The notes under the pieces are model-generated. The model saw only the letters and a list, made by a program, of their open reading frames with translations. It did no database searches and was not told the DNA's origin. The translations under genes were made by a program, and so were the position numbers. DNA of 63,712 bases, filler included, from Pelomyxa schiedti (taxonomy: Eukaryota; Protista; Evosea): the NCBI GenBank assembly GCA_020536535.1. It is 7 parts of 7 records of this genome, joined end to end, with 100 filler letters (N's around TTAATTAATTAA, not from the genome) between each part and the next. Parts side by side here need not be neighbours in the genome. Positions count along the whole stretch, not along the records: positions 39,695 to 54,675 come from JAHLWZ010001160.1; positions 54,776 to 62,232 come from JAHLWZ010000771.1; 5 more parts are not named here. One strand, written 5' to 3'. Position 1 is the stretch's first letter. Every line of letters starts with the position of its first letter. Below, piece by piece: positions 48,849 through 62,232 of this stretch.

Positions 48849-51147
48849 ATGAACGACGAAGAGGCGAACAACCAACGTGTTGAATACCAAGACAACAGGG
48901 CAACGTCCGGAACTGCGGAGGAGCCTGTGGGCGCCAGCATTTTCTTTGGTACTTACTCTTTGCCTCATTATTGATTAGAAAGAACAATCTCTGTATGTTT
49001 TGTAACCTGCGTGGGCAGGTGAAACCACAACGAGCGCAGGAGCAGATGGCACGGCAAACGTGAACCCCGCGACCGTCGTTCCAGCAAATACTCTGGTCAC
49101 CGAGCCAACACAAACCACCTCTGTTACGATGGCCTCTGCGGCTTCAACCAGCGAAGAAAGTAGCAGCGGCAGTGGCGGCATAACTGGCGGTGGATACGTT
49201 GTGTACGGTTACACAGAGGAGGCCCAGCACCGCCATGACGACCGCGACTTGGAAGAGGCTCATGGCCATAATGCCCACGAACCAAATCGCGGTGCCTACC
49301 AGGACCTAAAAGACCCCAGCACAAGGCCTGACCACCACACATTCGACCCTACTCGATTTGCGGGTAAGTTAGGTCCCCTATTAAACTTAATTCACTTTTA
49401 TTCAGCAGCAGATGAACCCGCTCACCCTGTAAAGCCATTCTCACTTGGCTTGGGAAAGTGCTAACCTTTTTCAAAGGGATCCAAATACTCCTTCCGAGTT
49501 CATAACCCCCAGAAACAAGGGGACAACGCGTTAACAGCCTACGTGATTTATAGTGTTTGGTCGAAGGTGCGATTCTATTTCCACCGTCATTCTGTAACAA
49601 CTACAAGAGTGTTGCAAACGGCAGCGAGAACACAGTCTCACGTCGCTACAGTGATTTCTTATGGTTACATGATCAACTTCAACAAGAGCATAGGCACATC
49701 GTAATTCCTCCTCTTCCTGAGAAGACCCTCAGTGTGTATAATCTCTACCCCATATGTAAGTGAATAGGAAGCACTCATGCCTTGTGTCATTTTATCTTTC
49801 TTTAGCTCGGTTTTCTGAGCCATTAGTTATATATCGAATGAAAGAACTAGAGAGATTCCTCTATCGCGTCTCATCTCATAAGATTCTTTCAGTTAACCCC
49901 AAACTGGACTTCTTCCTCACGTCTACTTCTACAGTGAGTAAAAATTCCTTGTCAATTCTCTAAATACATCTGCAGGACTTCCTTGCAGCAAAGTTTCCGG
50001 CAACTCGTCCTATGTCTCAGATAGGACCTCAGTTTATCAACAAAACCATGAAGACCTGGAATTTTGCTTCAAACATGTTTACGAGTCCTCCTCTCCCAGA
50101 TACTGTAAGGACTACCTTTACCTTTAAAAATGTAACAATGCGCAGGATCCATTCTTTGTAAATAAGGGGAAGCACTACAGTGATCTCACAAGTGCGGTTG
50201 ACTCTGTGATTCTCGCCAATCAAGCCGCTTTAGCGAAAATGTCCGGTATTAAATCACATCACATAGTACCTGCTCACCAGCAATAAGCTCTTCAGCAGTC
50301 AATTGTCGATTATTCGACAGCACTGAGTGGTCTTTCCAAAGCACAAGCCCCATTTAATTCATCCACATCCCAAAACTTCATGTCTACTGCTGAGAGTCTC
50401 ACCCAAATAAGCTCCTGCTTGAATGAAATGGTTGCCCTTTTAAAAAACAAAAAGTACTAAAAACACCATATGTGCAGTTGGGAGTACAAGCAGCCATCAT
50501 GACGGATGGAATGAAGGATTACACTCGAGAAATAGTGGAAATCGAGGTACATTTATTGTTGCTATTTGTGTAACCGTCCACGTAGCACGTAATTGCCAAT
50601 CGAGAAGAAATGCTGCAGCGATTACGTGAAATTGCTGTAGAACACGCCAGCAGGAAGGATAGGTACGAAAAGCTTAAGACCACTACACAGGCCGGAAATG
50701 CCAAATTCACATATGATCAGGTACCAAAGCGCACTTGTTAACCCTGTGCTAAAACAATACAGATAAAGGAAGCGCAGGACAAATTCCAGGAGGATTTTAA
50801 TAATTTCAGTGCGGCTGCCAAATATGAAATTGAAAACACCAATGCTGCGCGGGCAGTGGAGGACCACACGCTACTAAAAGCGTTCGTCAAGGCCAATTTG
50901 GAATACCACAACAGGGTAAATACACTTCACCGCTTCTCCACCACTTACCCTATCCCAGTGCGCCGCAACTTGGAGAGACCTGCAACACAAAGTAGAAGCC
51001 ACACCCCTCCCGCCAGTTGATACACTCAATACCACAGAGCCTCTCACTGAAATCACCCTAACAATTCCCTCTACCGCCGCCGCCGCTACAACCACCACCA
51101 CAACTACAACCACAACACTCACCCCTGATGACCCCAAGCACGACTGA
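48849..51147 (+). CDS. PX-BAR sorting nexin (SNX1/Vps5-like)
   Basis: PX VSRRYSDFLWLHDQL...IPPLPEK and RMKELERFLYRVSSH; helical BAR-like C-terminal half. Confidence 0.85.
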
Positions 51148-51417
51148 GGCACAAGGAACTACAACAGCAAGTTCCCGTAAGCCATTGGTTACACCATCAT
51201 CAAACCATCAACTAACCATCATTTGGGAATTAACAACACCTGCATTCACCGGCAACACCCATTTGAATGCTGTTGATAAATGTTGACCCTCAGTCTTAGC
51301 TGAGGAATTACCCGAATGCCAGATCCCCAATAACCATTAAATCGATTTTTAACGCTGTCATAAGTAGGCGGGTTGCCGACATTCACTTAAAATAGTGGTG
51401 GGTGCAAAAAAGGAAGA

Positions 51418-52399
51418 ATGAGGAAGGCGAACATAAGCCCAGTCAGCGGCCCCACCGGCGTCGCTAGCACAGCCCCGGCAACAACTCACCCGACTCCCTT
51501 TTCCACAACAGACCAAGGGATAGCGCTGATGTGCGGGTGGCATGGGAGGGCTGGCGTGGGGTCAGTGATGACTATCCTGTGCATTCCACACCACATAGGG
51601 AGGTGTATCCTGCAGTACTTGATTGGTACTCTTTTCTAATATTATACATAATAACATGATTCTGCTTGTAGTTTCTAACAACACCAAGGTTACATCAATA
51701 TCTATGAGGGAATTCACTATGGACATTGGGAATTGAGGGAGTGCGAAGTGAATGATGACACAGTTCAGTGGAAGCCCAAGCATTTTTCAAAGAATGACAA
51801 AAGCATGCCAAAAGGAAGGTTTGCATGGCTGGAGCCTTCCTTGCAGGAAGTAGCCGGTGCTAGTGGACGAGTGTACTTCGCTTTTGATGTTGTCAGTGAT
51901 GCCGGACTTCTGGTTTCTTGTATTTCTTTGACAAACACACGTTTCTCACTATTAACAGGATGGCGTTGGAGCGTGTTCATCACTGAGGGGGCATATCAAC
52001 AACGCAGCTTCCTTTGGCGGGAAAAGCAACTTCCTCCCGATCACCCATCACCACCTCTGCAGCAAGAGAGGGTTCAAGTCCTTCGGCCTGTGCATGCCCC
52101 CGTTCTCGCCCCGCATACAAGGGTCACCAGCACTATACAGCGCGGTACTCATCAACCCGCTCCCAGTACCTTTACTGGGCCAAGTTACAGCGGGAGAGAG
52201 CGTGTCATTCCTCGTGGAATTCCACGAACCTGACAGGCTTCACGCCACAGTACAAATGTTCTGGAACATGATGGCTCCCGCGCTGTTCAGGTACGACAGC
52301 GTAGACACTTCGATGCCTATCTACCCCTGTGTGACACTCTCAGTATCACCAGGCCGGTACCACTTTGTCAGGAACCCGCCATTCCCCCAAGATCTTTGA
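51418..52399 (+). CDS. SPRY-like domain protein with N-terminal 'DQ.IAL.CG.H.R.G..S' module
   Basis: Spliced; RVYFAFDVV, GESVSFLVEF and PIYPCVTL resemble SPRY strands. Confidence 0.6.
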
Positions 52400-53979
52400 T
52401 TTCGAGTGTTAAGTGACGGACCTTACAATCCGTTACAATTTCTCAGAGCCCAAAAAACCCAATTTCTTATGAAGTGTGTAGGAGCCCCTAATTTGCTTTC
52501 CTCGTCCATGCAGGCTTCAAACATCCCCATGCCACTCTGTTGTGGTGGGGGAAACCTGCTTATGTACCTGGACAGTGCATTCAGGTCCTTTTTTTTTTCG
52601 ATCGACAGTTGGCTGGTGTCTGATAGCTTGCACTCTCTGCTCTGGTTCCTGTGAATGGACATAATTAGTTGGCGAACGGGGCACCAGTCAGCCGCCGTGA
52701 TCACCATACTTAGTGATAGCCATCACTCTTCACAATCGTTGTTTGTTCTGATCATGGTGAACAAATTTGTTGGGCGTGCAAGTACAAGGGCCAAATTTGT
52801 TGTTGGAGGTGGTGGGCCGTGGTACTATAAAACGTAGTATTTTGGTGTCCAGGCTGAGGCTCCGTTTTTTATGCTGTTCCGTCGTCCTGTTTTTTGTTTT
52901 ATACATAGGTTATTTGTTTGTGGCATTTTTTTTTTCCCTGTTTTGTTTATTTTATCCCGTTTTTACGTTTCTGTTTGAAATACATACGACTGTTTTTTTA
53001 TTCGTTTTTGTTTTTGTACAGAACTTATTGTCACCCCACACAGGTTGTTGGACAGACAACCACAGAGGCAGGTGACCAAGCAGTACATTTCCATTTTTTT
53101 TTTAAGTCTCACTCACCACATCCTAGACCCCATTCAGGTATCTTGTCTGTTTTTTCTTTTTCGAGTTCTCACACTTTATACCAGGTGGTGTTAAAACTTG
53201 CCAGCTGCCTATCATCACCAAGGTGAATCCCTCTCTTTGTGTGATCGCTAAACCATGACAGGTAATGTCAAGACTGCCCTTCCCTACATTTCCGGCACTT
53301 TGTGATCTCCTTCTTCTTTCTAGGTAGGTAGGTGGCTTCTTCTTTTTTTTTTTCTTTCTCTTTTTTCCCTCATCTCAAGATATTATTTAGGTGCAGGCTG
53401 AGCTGCCTCCAAGCTATGTGATGGACAGAGTGCAATGTCAGTCTTTACCCCTTCCGCCTTCACCACTACACCCTTACTCTTGCTCTCACTCTTGCACACC
53501 CACACCACTCCCCTGGTCTCCTACGCTCTGCCACATTCCCTTTTCGTTTTTACCTCCACTTTGCTTCTGGTTTTTCCCACTTCCCTTTGGGATGTACTAC
53601 ACACAGGTGTTGTTGGTGGCGAAAAAAGAAGTTTTGTTGGTGGCGAAAAAAGAAGTTGGGTTTTTCTACCTCCCACAAGTATGGTCCACAGGAAAAAAAG
53701 CAGTACTTCTGAGAACTTGCGTGGTCGGAGAATGGGAACATTCTCTCAGTGACTCAATGACTCTTGGCCATTCTTTGGCCACAAAAACATTCAAGCTCAG
53801 GCAAGCTTTTTGATGTTGTCAGGGGGAGTTTGTTCTGTTTGTCATGAGAGGTGGCAGGGCATCGCAGAAGTCATGGGGAACGAGCTGTTACGGCCATGAG
53901 GCACAGGGTACCAAGTCCATGCATGGATACCCGGGCACTTTCGGTAAAGAAAAAAGGGGTCCAACGCTCAGCCACGAGT

Positions 53980-54105
53980 GCTTATAAGCAACACCACTTT
54001 CACCACAAACTTCACCAGATCAATAAAAATAAATAAAGACTTTGTTTTCTCCTGATCTCACTACAAACGTGTTCATCACTCCCTGTTAGTGGACACCACT
54101 CACAG
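53980..54105. mobile_element. Diverged partial copy 3 of the foldback repeat
   Basis: Aligns to the 3' two-thirds of copies 1 and 2, from GCTTATAAGC to CACTCACAG. Confidence 0.55.
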
Positions 54106-54210
54106 AACTTGGCAGTGTGAAAGTGATCACTTCCCGAAAAAGGGAATCACGGTGTCGGCCCTGAGCGACCCGCAGAAGTCTGACAACTTCTGGGAATTCA
54201 ATGACACGTG

Positions 54211-54394
54211 ATGCTGTGCTGTGAGTCCACTGAATACTTGGAATTCATGGGAAGAACCTGGGCTTATAAGCAACACACACTTTCACCACACCTCCACCAG
54301 ATCAACTAAAATAAATAAACACTTTGTTTCCTCTTTATCTCGCTTCAGTACGAACACATCCGTCACTCCCTGTCAGTACACTCACAGCAGGCAT
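54211..54394. mobile_element. Foldback/MITE-like dispersed repeat, copy 2, with ~22-bp imperfect terminal inverted repeats
   Basis: 5' ATGCTGTGCTGTGAGTCCACTGA versus reverse complement of the 3' end, ATGCCTGCTGTGAGTGTACTGA. Confidence 0.65.
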
Positions 54395-54775
54395 GTAGCT
54401 GAGAATGAACACAGAACATGATGGGACCAGAGACAATGTATTCAAGACAGTGGTGACTCAATGAACCAATTTTATGGTAAGAGCATTCCCCCCAATGTAC
54501 AACTTATTGTGACCTCACGGCCGGACTACCTTCGCTTGCCCTGTGAGAACTTGGTGAGGTTGGGTGTTCTGCCATTCTCCAAACCGCTTTGATTGGTAGA
54601 TTTGAGATCGGAGATTGTTGGTTCCGTGAAATCAAACGTGCGTGGCGGGCGATGGGGTGTCGCCACTCTTCGAGTNNNNNNNNNNNNNNNNNNNNNNNNN
54701 NNNNNNNNNNNNNNNNNNNTTAATTAATTAANNNNNNNNNNNNNNNNNNNNNNNNNNNNNNNNNNNNNNNNNNNN

Positions 54776-56618
54776 GCAGTGGCAGTGGCGGTGAAGGAGG
54801 TGACAGCCGCACTTATGGGTCTGTGCATTGGTGGACACCTGAGACAAGCTCAATCCATGCTGGGTAATAATAACTGTCGATAGCAATAACTGAATCGCAC
54901 TGTACTACAAATTAAATATATTAATGCTAATATTAATTGCCTGTGCACTAGGTTCGTTTCCATCTCTATGGGATGGGAGGACCATCACCAGTTGGAAAAG
55001 GGCAGCTTCTAAAGGCTCAGGTGCGACTTCCTCGTCCACAGCTTCTAATTTGGCTGTGTGTGGTGTTGTGAGGGAGAGGGTGATTGAGAACCTGAGGGGT
55101 GCAAGTGGAACTAGACCCTCTCTCTTTCCCGAGCCCTCCTTCCTGGCGAGGGTATGTGGTGCTGGCCACCTGGGTGTGGTTAAGTGGCTTGTGGCGGTGG
55201 CTGGCATCACAGCAGATGAGGCTCCTTGGTTGCTGCGCGATTCACTCTGCTGGGTATTGAAGCACGGGAAGATGGAAGTGGGTCAGTACCTGCTTGATGA
55301 CTGCATTCAGGAACTGCCCTTTTCATTTTGGCAGGAGATGTTATGCTCATGTGCAAATGGTTCACACCCTTGTAACATCAACTGGTGCTTGGAGAGGTTC
55401 CCTGGTGGTGCTGAACAACGCGTCAAGTATGATCTCCTGGCAAACAAGCACACCACTTTGAATGATTGCATGTGGCTGAAGAAAGATCTACATCTACATG
55501 GTTTTGACCGGTTCTCAACCCTGCAGAGAGTTGATGTTGCCAAGTGGGTTCTAATGATGTCAGGAGCCCAACCTGATGATGGAACTTTTGATGGTATGTG
55601 CCAAAGCCTTGGAGATGTTGGGTTTGTTGAGTGGTTGATAACCGAGAAGAGGTTCACACCAACATCAGAAACATTCAAAGCAGCATGTTCAACACCAAGA
55701 AAAAAAGGAGCCACACTTGCCAGGTGGTTGTCAACACGGGTTTCACTCTCTCAATCTGATTTCATTGAGGCACTTGTGTCAGCACTTGGTTCGAGAAACA
55801 CAGAAGTTGCTGAGTGGTTGGATGGAACCTTCCAGGTGATGGATGTTGTGAATTCTGACCCTGAGGTTGCTGGAAATACCTTGGTTGATCTGTGCAAGAA
55901 ACACGACAAAGAGTGCAATGGTGACGTGGGTGGTCTCAAGTGGTTCCTTCACCACCTCTCTCAGCCTTCCAAAATAGGCATGAATTGCATTCACAGTGCT
56001 GTGCGGGGTTCACTTGACTGCCATTGCGGGAATTCTGTGATGGTTCTGCTTGAGTTCTTCCCTGAATTTGAGCCAAACATGCCTGAGCTTGTGGATTTTA
56101 CAATTGAGANNNNNNNNNNNNNNNNNNNNNNNNNNNNNNNNNNNNNNNNNNNNNNNNNNNNNNNNNNNNNNNNNNNNNNNNNNNNNNNNNNNNNNNNNNN
56201 NNNNNNNNNAAGAACCAATGTGCACACTGGCTCCTCACAACCTTCGACATTCCTTTGTCCGACCTGGTACAATCACCCTTATCATCTTCACCACCCATCA
56301 CACACACACATCTATCTAACGCCACACAACGCACACAACCAAAACACACAGGTAACTGAGATTAAACCCCATCGTTGGTCACTGGCCCTTGCAGGATGGC
56401 ACATGATTCTGGACCACTATGGCCCCGCCATTGACGCCGCAGTGATACGCAACCACTTCATGCCACTCTTGTCACGTGACCCACTACTCGGAACCCACAC
56501 CATGCGCACCTTTGGAATCGCCTTGGATGAATTCCGCACCTGCGTGATGGCAAACCCCCATAAAGGACTCCTGTCATTGGAGGCAAGGACCTGGCTTGGG
56601 TTACCCAGCTCCTGTTGA
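54776..56618 (+). CDS. Tandem ankyrin-like family gene, copy A (5'-truncated, internal gap)
   Basis: RVIENLRGASG, ARVCGAGHLGVVKWL, FKAACST and WLGLP; paralogous to copies B and C. Confidence 0.8.
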
Positions 56619-56740
56619 AGGCTCACAGATACATCATCACTCTCTGTGGTATGAAATTTCGTTTCCCAACGTATCTGTTAGACAACGCGTTGTTCGTTGG
56701 GGTGGATTTTTTTTCTCATCAGCTTTCTTGGAAAAACGAA

Positions 56741-59244
56741 ATGTCGCTCAACAGAGACCGGGTTGTTGTGGTGTCACGAGTGGTGTGGGACCACGTCGTG
56801 TCACGAGGGTTCCTCGACGGCACAAGGGACTCGGCAGGAAACATCAAGACCGACCCGACCACCGGGTGCCGCCACGTCGACCTGTTCAGCGCCGCACAGG
56901 CGTTGTTCCCGCTCGTGGCCCTCGTGTGCAAAAGGGTGCTCAGGATCTCCATCGTGGGGTACGTGGCCCCTCGGCATTTCTCCGGCAGGAAGCGGTTCGG
57001 ATCATATGGGGCCATCGCGAGCGCGGCCGCGGCCGAGGCGCCGTCTTGCGTCGCGTGGCTCATCAACAACAGGCGCAGGGACGTCGCCACGCTTGTTGTT
57101 GGCTGTGACACCCTCCTCCTCGCCGCACTTGTGGGTGTTGGTCTGCCGAATTCTGGTTCTGCTCGTCCCACAAGTGCAGGTGACAACGGATGCGGGAACG
57201 ACGACGGATCCGCCACACCCACAATTCAGCAGAGGAGGGGGAGGTGCGAGGGTGACGTTGCAGTGGCAGTGGCGGTGAAGGAGGTGACAGCCGCACTTAT
57301 GGGTCTGTGCATTGGTGGACACCTGAGACAAGCTCAATCCATGCTGGGTAATAATAACTGTCGATAGCAATAACTGAATCACACTGCACACAGTGAATAA
57401 TAATAACCGAGTCACACTATACACAAATAAAATAATGACTTTAATTGCACCACTAGGTTCTTTTCCAGCTCTGTGGGATGGGAGGATCATCACCAGTTGG
57501 ATGAATGTGGCTTTACGAGGATCCCGCGGTGATGTTGCAGATGGTGTGATTGCCAAATCCACACCTTTTAATTTGGCTGTGTGTAGTGTCGTGAGGGAAA
57601 GGGTGATTGAGAACCTGAGGGGTGCAAGTGGCATCGAGCCCTCATTCATGGCGAGGGTGTGTGGTGCTGGTCAACTGGATGTGGCCAAGTGGCTTGTTTC
57701 TGTGGCTTCTATCACAAAGGACGAGGCTCCTTGGATGCTGCGTGATTCACTGCGCTTGGCATTGGCGAACGGGAAGATGGAGGTGGCTCAGTACCTGCTC
57801 GACGACTGTATCCAGACCCTGCATTATAGGTTTTCCCAAGAGATGTTGTGGTTGTGTGCAGGTGGTTCACACCCTTGTAACATTGGGTGGTGCGTACAGA
57901 GGTTCACTCAGCGAGGTGGGTCTTCACAGTTATTCATGTATGATCTTCTGACCAACAAGAACACCACTTTGGATGATTGCATGTGGCTGGAGCAGGAGCT
58001 ACATGATGAACCTGCACAATCCCCGTGGTGGGTCTCAACCCTGAAAAGAGTTGACGTTGCCAAGTGGTTTCTAACTGTGTCACGAAGCCAACCTGAGCTA
58101 CTTCTTAATGGTATGTGCCAAAGCCTTGGTGATGTTGGGTTTGTTGAGTGGTTGATGACCGAGAAGAGTTTCACACCAACATCAGCAACGTTCAAAGCAG
58201 CGTGCTCAACACGAAGAAAAAAAGGAGCCACACTCGCAAGGTGGTTGTCAACAAGGGTTTCACTCTCTCGATCTGATTTCATTGAGGCACTTGTGTCAGC
58301 ACTCCGGTCGAGAAACACAGAAGTTGCCGAGTGGTTGGATGGAACCTTCCACGTGATGGATGTTGTGAATTCTGACCCTGAGGTTGCTGGAAATACCTTG
58401 GTTGATCTGTGCAAGCAACACGACAAAGAGTGCAATGGTGACGTGGGTGGTCTCAAGTGGTTCCTTCACCACCTCTCTCAGCCTTCCAAAATAGGCATGA
58501 ATTGTATTCACAGTGCTGTGCGGGGTTCACTTGACTGCCATTGCGGGAATTCTGTGATGGTTCTGCTTGAGTTCTTCCCTGAATTTGAGCCAAACATGCC
58601 TGAGCTTGTGGATTTTACAATTGAGATGCTCAGGGAGTTTGACTTGAAGGCTTTTTCACTGCTTCTTTCACGTTGTTCATCATTACTGACTCCAGAATTT
58701 ATTTCGTACTGCCTGACATCGGACGCTGCCTGGGCGAGATCAAGCAAGGCAATCAAGTGGGCCATTTGCAAGTTCAACCTCCAGTACTCCCACATCAGTG
58801 CCAACAGACACCAGCTAATTCGCAGGCTCCTATCCAACAAGAGGAACCAGTGTGCACACTGGCTCCTCGACACCTTTTCCATCCCTTTGTCTGATGTGGT
58901 ATGTGTATCTGCCTGTTCACTCCCCTCACCCTCCTTTTGCCAATTTGACAATTCACACTCACCAACCACACAAATCACAGGTTGCTGAGGTGAAGTGGTT
59001 TCATAGCTCCCCAGACCTTATAGCATGGCAGGTTCTCCAAGACCATTACAACACCCCAGCCTCTGATGCGGTGACGGTGACGATACGTGAGTGCATGATA
59101 CCAATAGTAGCAAACACTCCTAGCATGCTGATGTGTGCCATCCCCAAGTTTGGTGTAACAATGGAGGAAATCCGCAAGTGGGTGGCAGGGCACAGTGGCC
59201 ATTCATGGGAAGAGGACGTATGGCTTCAGCTGCACGACTTGTAA
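56741..59244 (+). CDS. Tandem ankyrin-like family gene, copy B (complete, 2 introns)
   Basis: ATG at 56741; introns ~57348-57456 and 58899-58980 give one open frame. Confidence 0.85.
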
Positions 59245-59362
59245 TAGAAGAGGTTTATGATCAAGCACGATTGAAAATTGTAAACCGAGTGCGCTCCAGC
59301 TGATTCCAAAACATTAATTTTATCGTTCTCCTCGCAGAAAAGAGTTATATTTTTTAGACCCA

Positions 59363-62025
59363 ATGTACAGCCCAACACCGACAACATCGTCATTGCCATC
59401 ACGGGTCTGTGGTGATGCCGACCGGGTTCTTGCGGTGTCACGTTTTGTTTGGGAACACGTTGTTTCGGCAGGGTGGCTCGACGGCCCAAGAGACTCGCAA
59501 GGAAACCCCAAGGCCCACTCAGATTATGGGTGCCGTGGTGTCGACCTGTTTCGTGCAGCAGAGGCCATGTTCCCCCTCGTGGCCCTCGCGTGCTCCAGAG
59601 TGCTTGTTTATCAATCGAACCGCTGGCCCCCTTGCCACCCACGGTCCGATGAAACTTATGGGACCCTCGGCGCCATCACAGGTGCTTCTTGTGTTCCCGC
59701 ACCGTCGTGCGTAGCGTGGATCATCAGAAACAGGCACATCAAAATGGATGAGCCTACCTCCAGCAGTGAGCTTATGGGACCCGGTTCCACCCACTGTGTT
59801 GCAGTTTCAGTGAAGGAAGTTGTGGCGACGCTTCTTGGTCTGTGCATGGGTGGCCACATCAGCCAGGCTCAATCTGTGTTAGGTGATGATATAATGATGT
59901 TATCTTATTTAAATATTAAAGATTAAATTTTAAATAAGTCAGAAATAAGACACAGTATTTAGTTAAATAGTTACTTTATTTTTTTGATTAAAATTGGCAA
60001 CTACAGGCAAGTTTCCAGCATTGTGGGATGGGAGGATCATCACCAGCTGGGCAAAAGTGAGCAACACACTGAAAGCCATTGTGAAGGAGAGGGTTGTTTC
60101 CTTCGGTGGGTGGGAAGGAAGGAAACTGCACCAAAGGAGAACAAAGAGGCACAAAGTATTTTATTCATCTTGGAATGGATGGATACATTTGGGTGTGTTT
60201 GTGTTGAGGTTTTTTGTATATTTGTATTGGGATTCTTGGTATTTTTTGTATAGAAATGAGGTGAACTCGGTGTCTGTTTATAAAGGATTCCAAAGTCAAG
60301 GGAAAGGTCTTGGGTATCTCGATGATCTTTCTGTGAACTTGATTTCCGAACTTGGTAAGTGATGACTCAGCCTCTGAGTCTCCAGTCTCGAGTCTTGCGA
60401 GTGTGCCTTGCGCACAGTTTGCCTGTGTGTTCGCAGAATCACACAGGGTGATTGAGAACCTGAGGGGTGCAAGTGGCCCACATCCCACTTTTTTGGCGAG
60501 AGTGTGTGGGTCTGGCTGCGTTGATGCGGTAAAGTGGATCGCGTCCGTGGCTGGCATCACAAAGGAGGAGGCTCCTTGGTTGTTGCATGATTCACTGTGG
60601 TGGTCCTTGATTTGCGGGAAGATGGAGCTCTTTAAGTTCCTCTTCGATGACTTGTGTTGCAGGAACCTGCCAGAATCTGTGTTTCTTTCAGCCTATCATT
60701 GGTGTGCAAGAGGATTGACCCCCAGCTACATCAAATGGTGCAGGGAGAATTTCCCTGTGCAACCGCAAATGGAAAACATGAAGTATGACTTGCTGAGCAA
60801 CAAGCACAGCACTCTGGAAGATTGCCTTTGGATGGAAGAAGATCTCCACACCAACGGATTTGATCACTCATCCCTGCTATCAGCAACGCGGAAAGTGGAT
60901 GTTGCCAAGTGGGTGCTCACTGTCTTGCCGTCCCCACCTGCTGACAAGGTTCTGAGTCAGCTCTGTGGGCATTTTGGAGATGTTGAGTTCGTCCAGTGGT
61001 TGATGACCGAGAAGAGTTTCACGCCAACAGCAGCGACATTCAAAGCAGCGTGTTCGACATCAAGAAAAAAAGGATCCACGCTTGCAAAGTGGCTGTCAAC
61101 CAGGGTGTCACTCTCTCAATCCAGCCTCAACAAAGCACTTGTGTCAGCACTCCGTTGGAGCAACATGGAAGTTGCAGAGTGGTTGGAGGGAACCTTCCAC
61201 GTGATGGATTCTGTGAATTCCAACCCTGAAGTTGCTGGAAGCACATTGGTTGATCTGTGCAAGAAAAATGATGACTACAAAGGCAAAGTGGTGGGTCTCA
61301 ATTGGCTTCTCCAGCACCTCTCTCAGCCTTCCAAGATCAGCAGTGTTCACATTTGCCGTGCCATTTCTGACTCAATTGAGAACGAGCTTGGGAACTACGT
61401 TCCAGTGTTGTTGGAGAAATTCCCTGGATTTGATCCACAAGGTGATCCAAACCAAAGGATTTTCAGGTACCTAGTGGTGGAGTTAGTCAGGAAGTTTGAT
61501 CTGAAGACCCTTGAGCTTCTCATGTCTGGCAGAACCTCACCACTGTTGACACCTGAGTTCGTTTCACAGTTCCTCACAGCAGACTGGTTCCAGCCAGAGT
61601 CAAGCAAAGCAGTCAAGTGGGCAATTCGCAAGTTTAACTTGCAGTACATTGACATCAAATCCAACAACAACTGCCTCCTGTTCAACCTATTCTCCAAGAG
61701 AAAGAACGAGTGTGCACGCTGGCTCCTCACCACGTTTGACATCCCACTGTCTGATCTCCTTCAGGTGTGTGCGTGTGTGGACCTTCCACTTCATACCTTC
61801 TTCAGTTAACTCAAAAGCAAGATGGTAGAGGCAAACCCGTTGCATGGACCAGACCTTGCAGGGTTACAGGTTATTCTGGACCACTACGGCCCTGAGATCG
61901 ACGCCGCTGTGATACGCCAACACTTCATGCCTGTGCTGGCATACACACCAGACAGGGCAATCTACACAAGCAACAGGTTCGGCATCACTCTGGATGAGTT
62001 CCGTGAATACGCTGCATCACTGTGA
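59363..62025 (+). CDS. Tandem ankyrin-like family gene, copy C (extra insertion, shortened C-terminus; may be pseudogenising)
   Basis: Same motifs as A and B; insertion ~60057-60350; the family C-terminal WLGVP lies out of frame after the stop. Confidence 0.7.
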
Positions 62026-62146
62026 CGCGTCGTTCGAATTCTCTCGAGGCACCAAGGTGTGGTGGCTTGGTGTGCCCTGATCCATTCCTTCGATGGTCAT
62101 CGTAGTCGCACAATAACACACAACTTAAGGAACTACCCCTTTTTCT

Positions 62147-62232
62147 ATGGGCCATCAGTTTTCTCGGCTACATCATGATACCAAGGACCGGGTTGTTGTG
62201 GTGTCACGAGTGGTGTGGGACCACGTCGTGTC
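62147..62232 (+). CDS. 5' end of copy D of the same family (truncated by contig end)
   Basis: DRVVVVSRVVWDHVV, nucleotide-identical to ~56756-56802. Confidence 0.65.

Noticed and set aside
53611-53658. Two-copy 24-bp tandem repeat GTTGGTGGCGAAAAAAGAAG...
   Set aside because: Simple local duplication with no spacers; not CRISPR-like.
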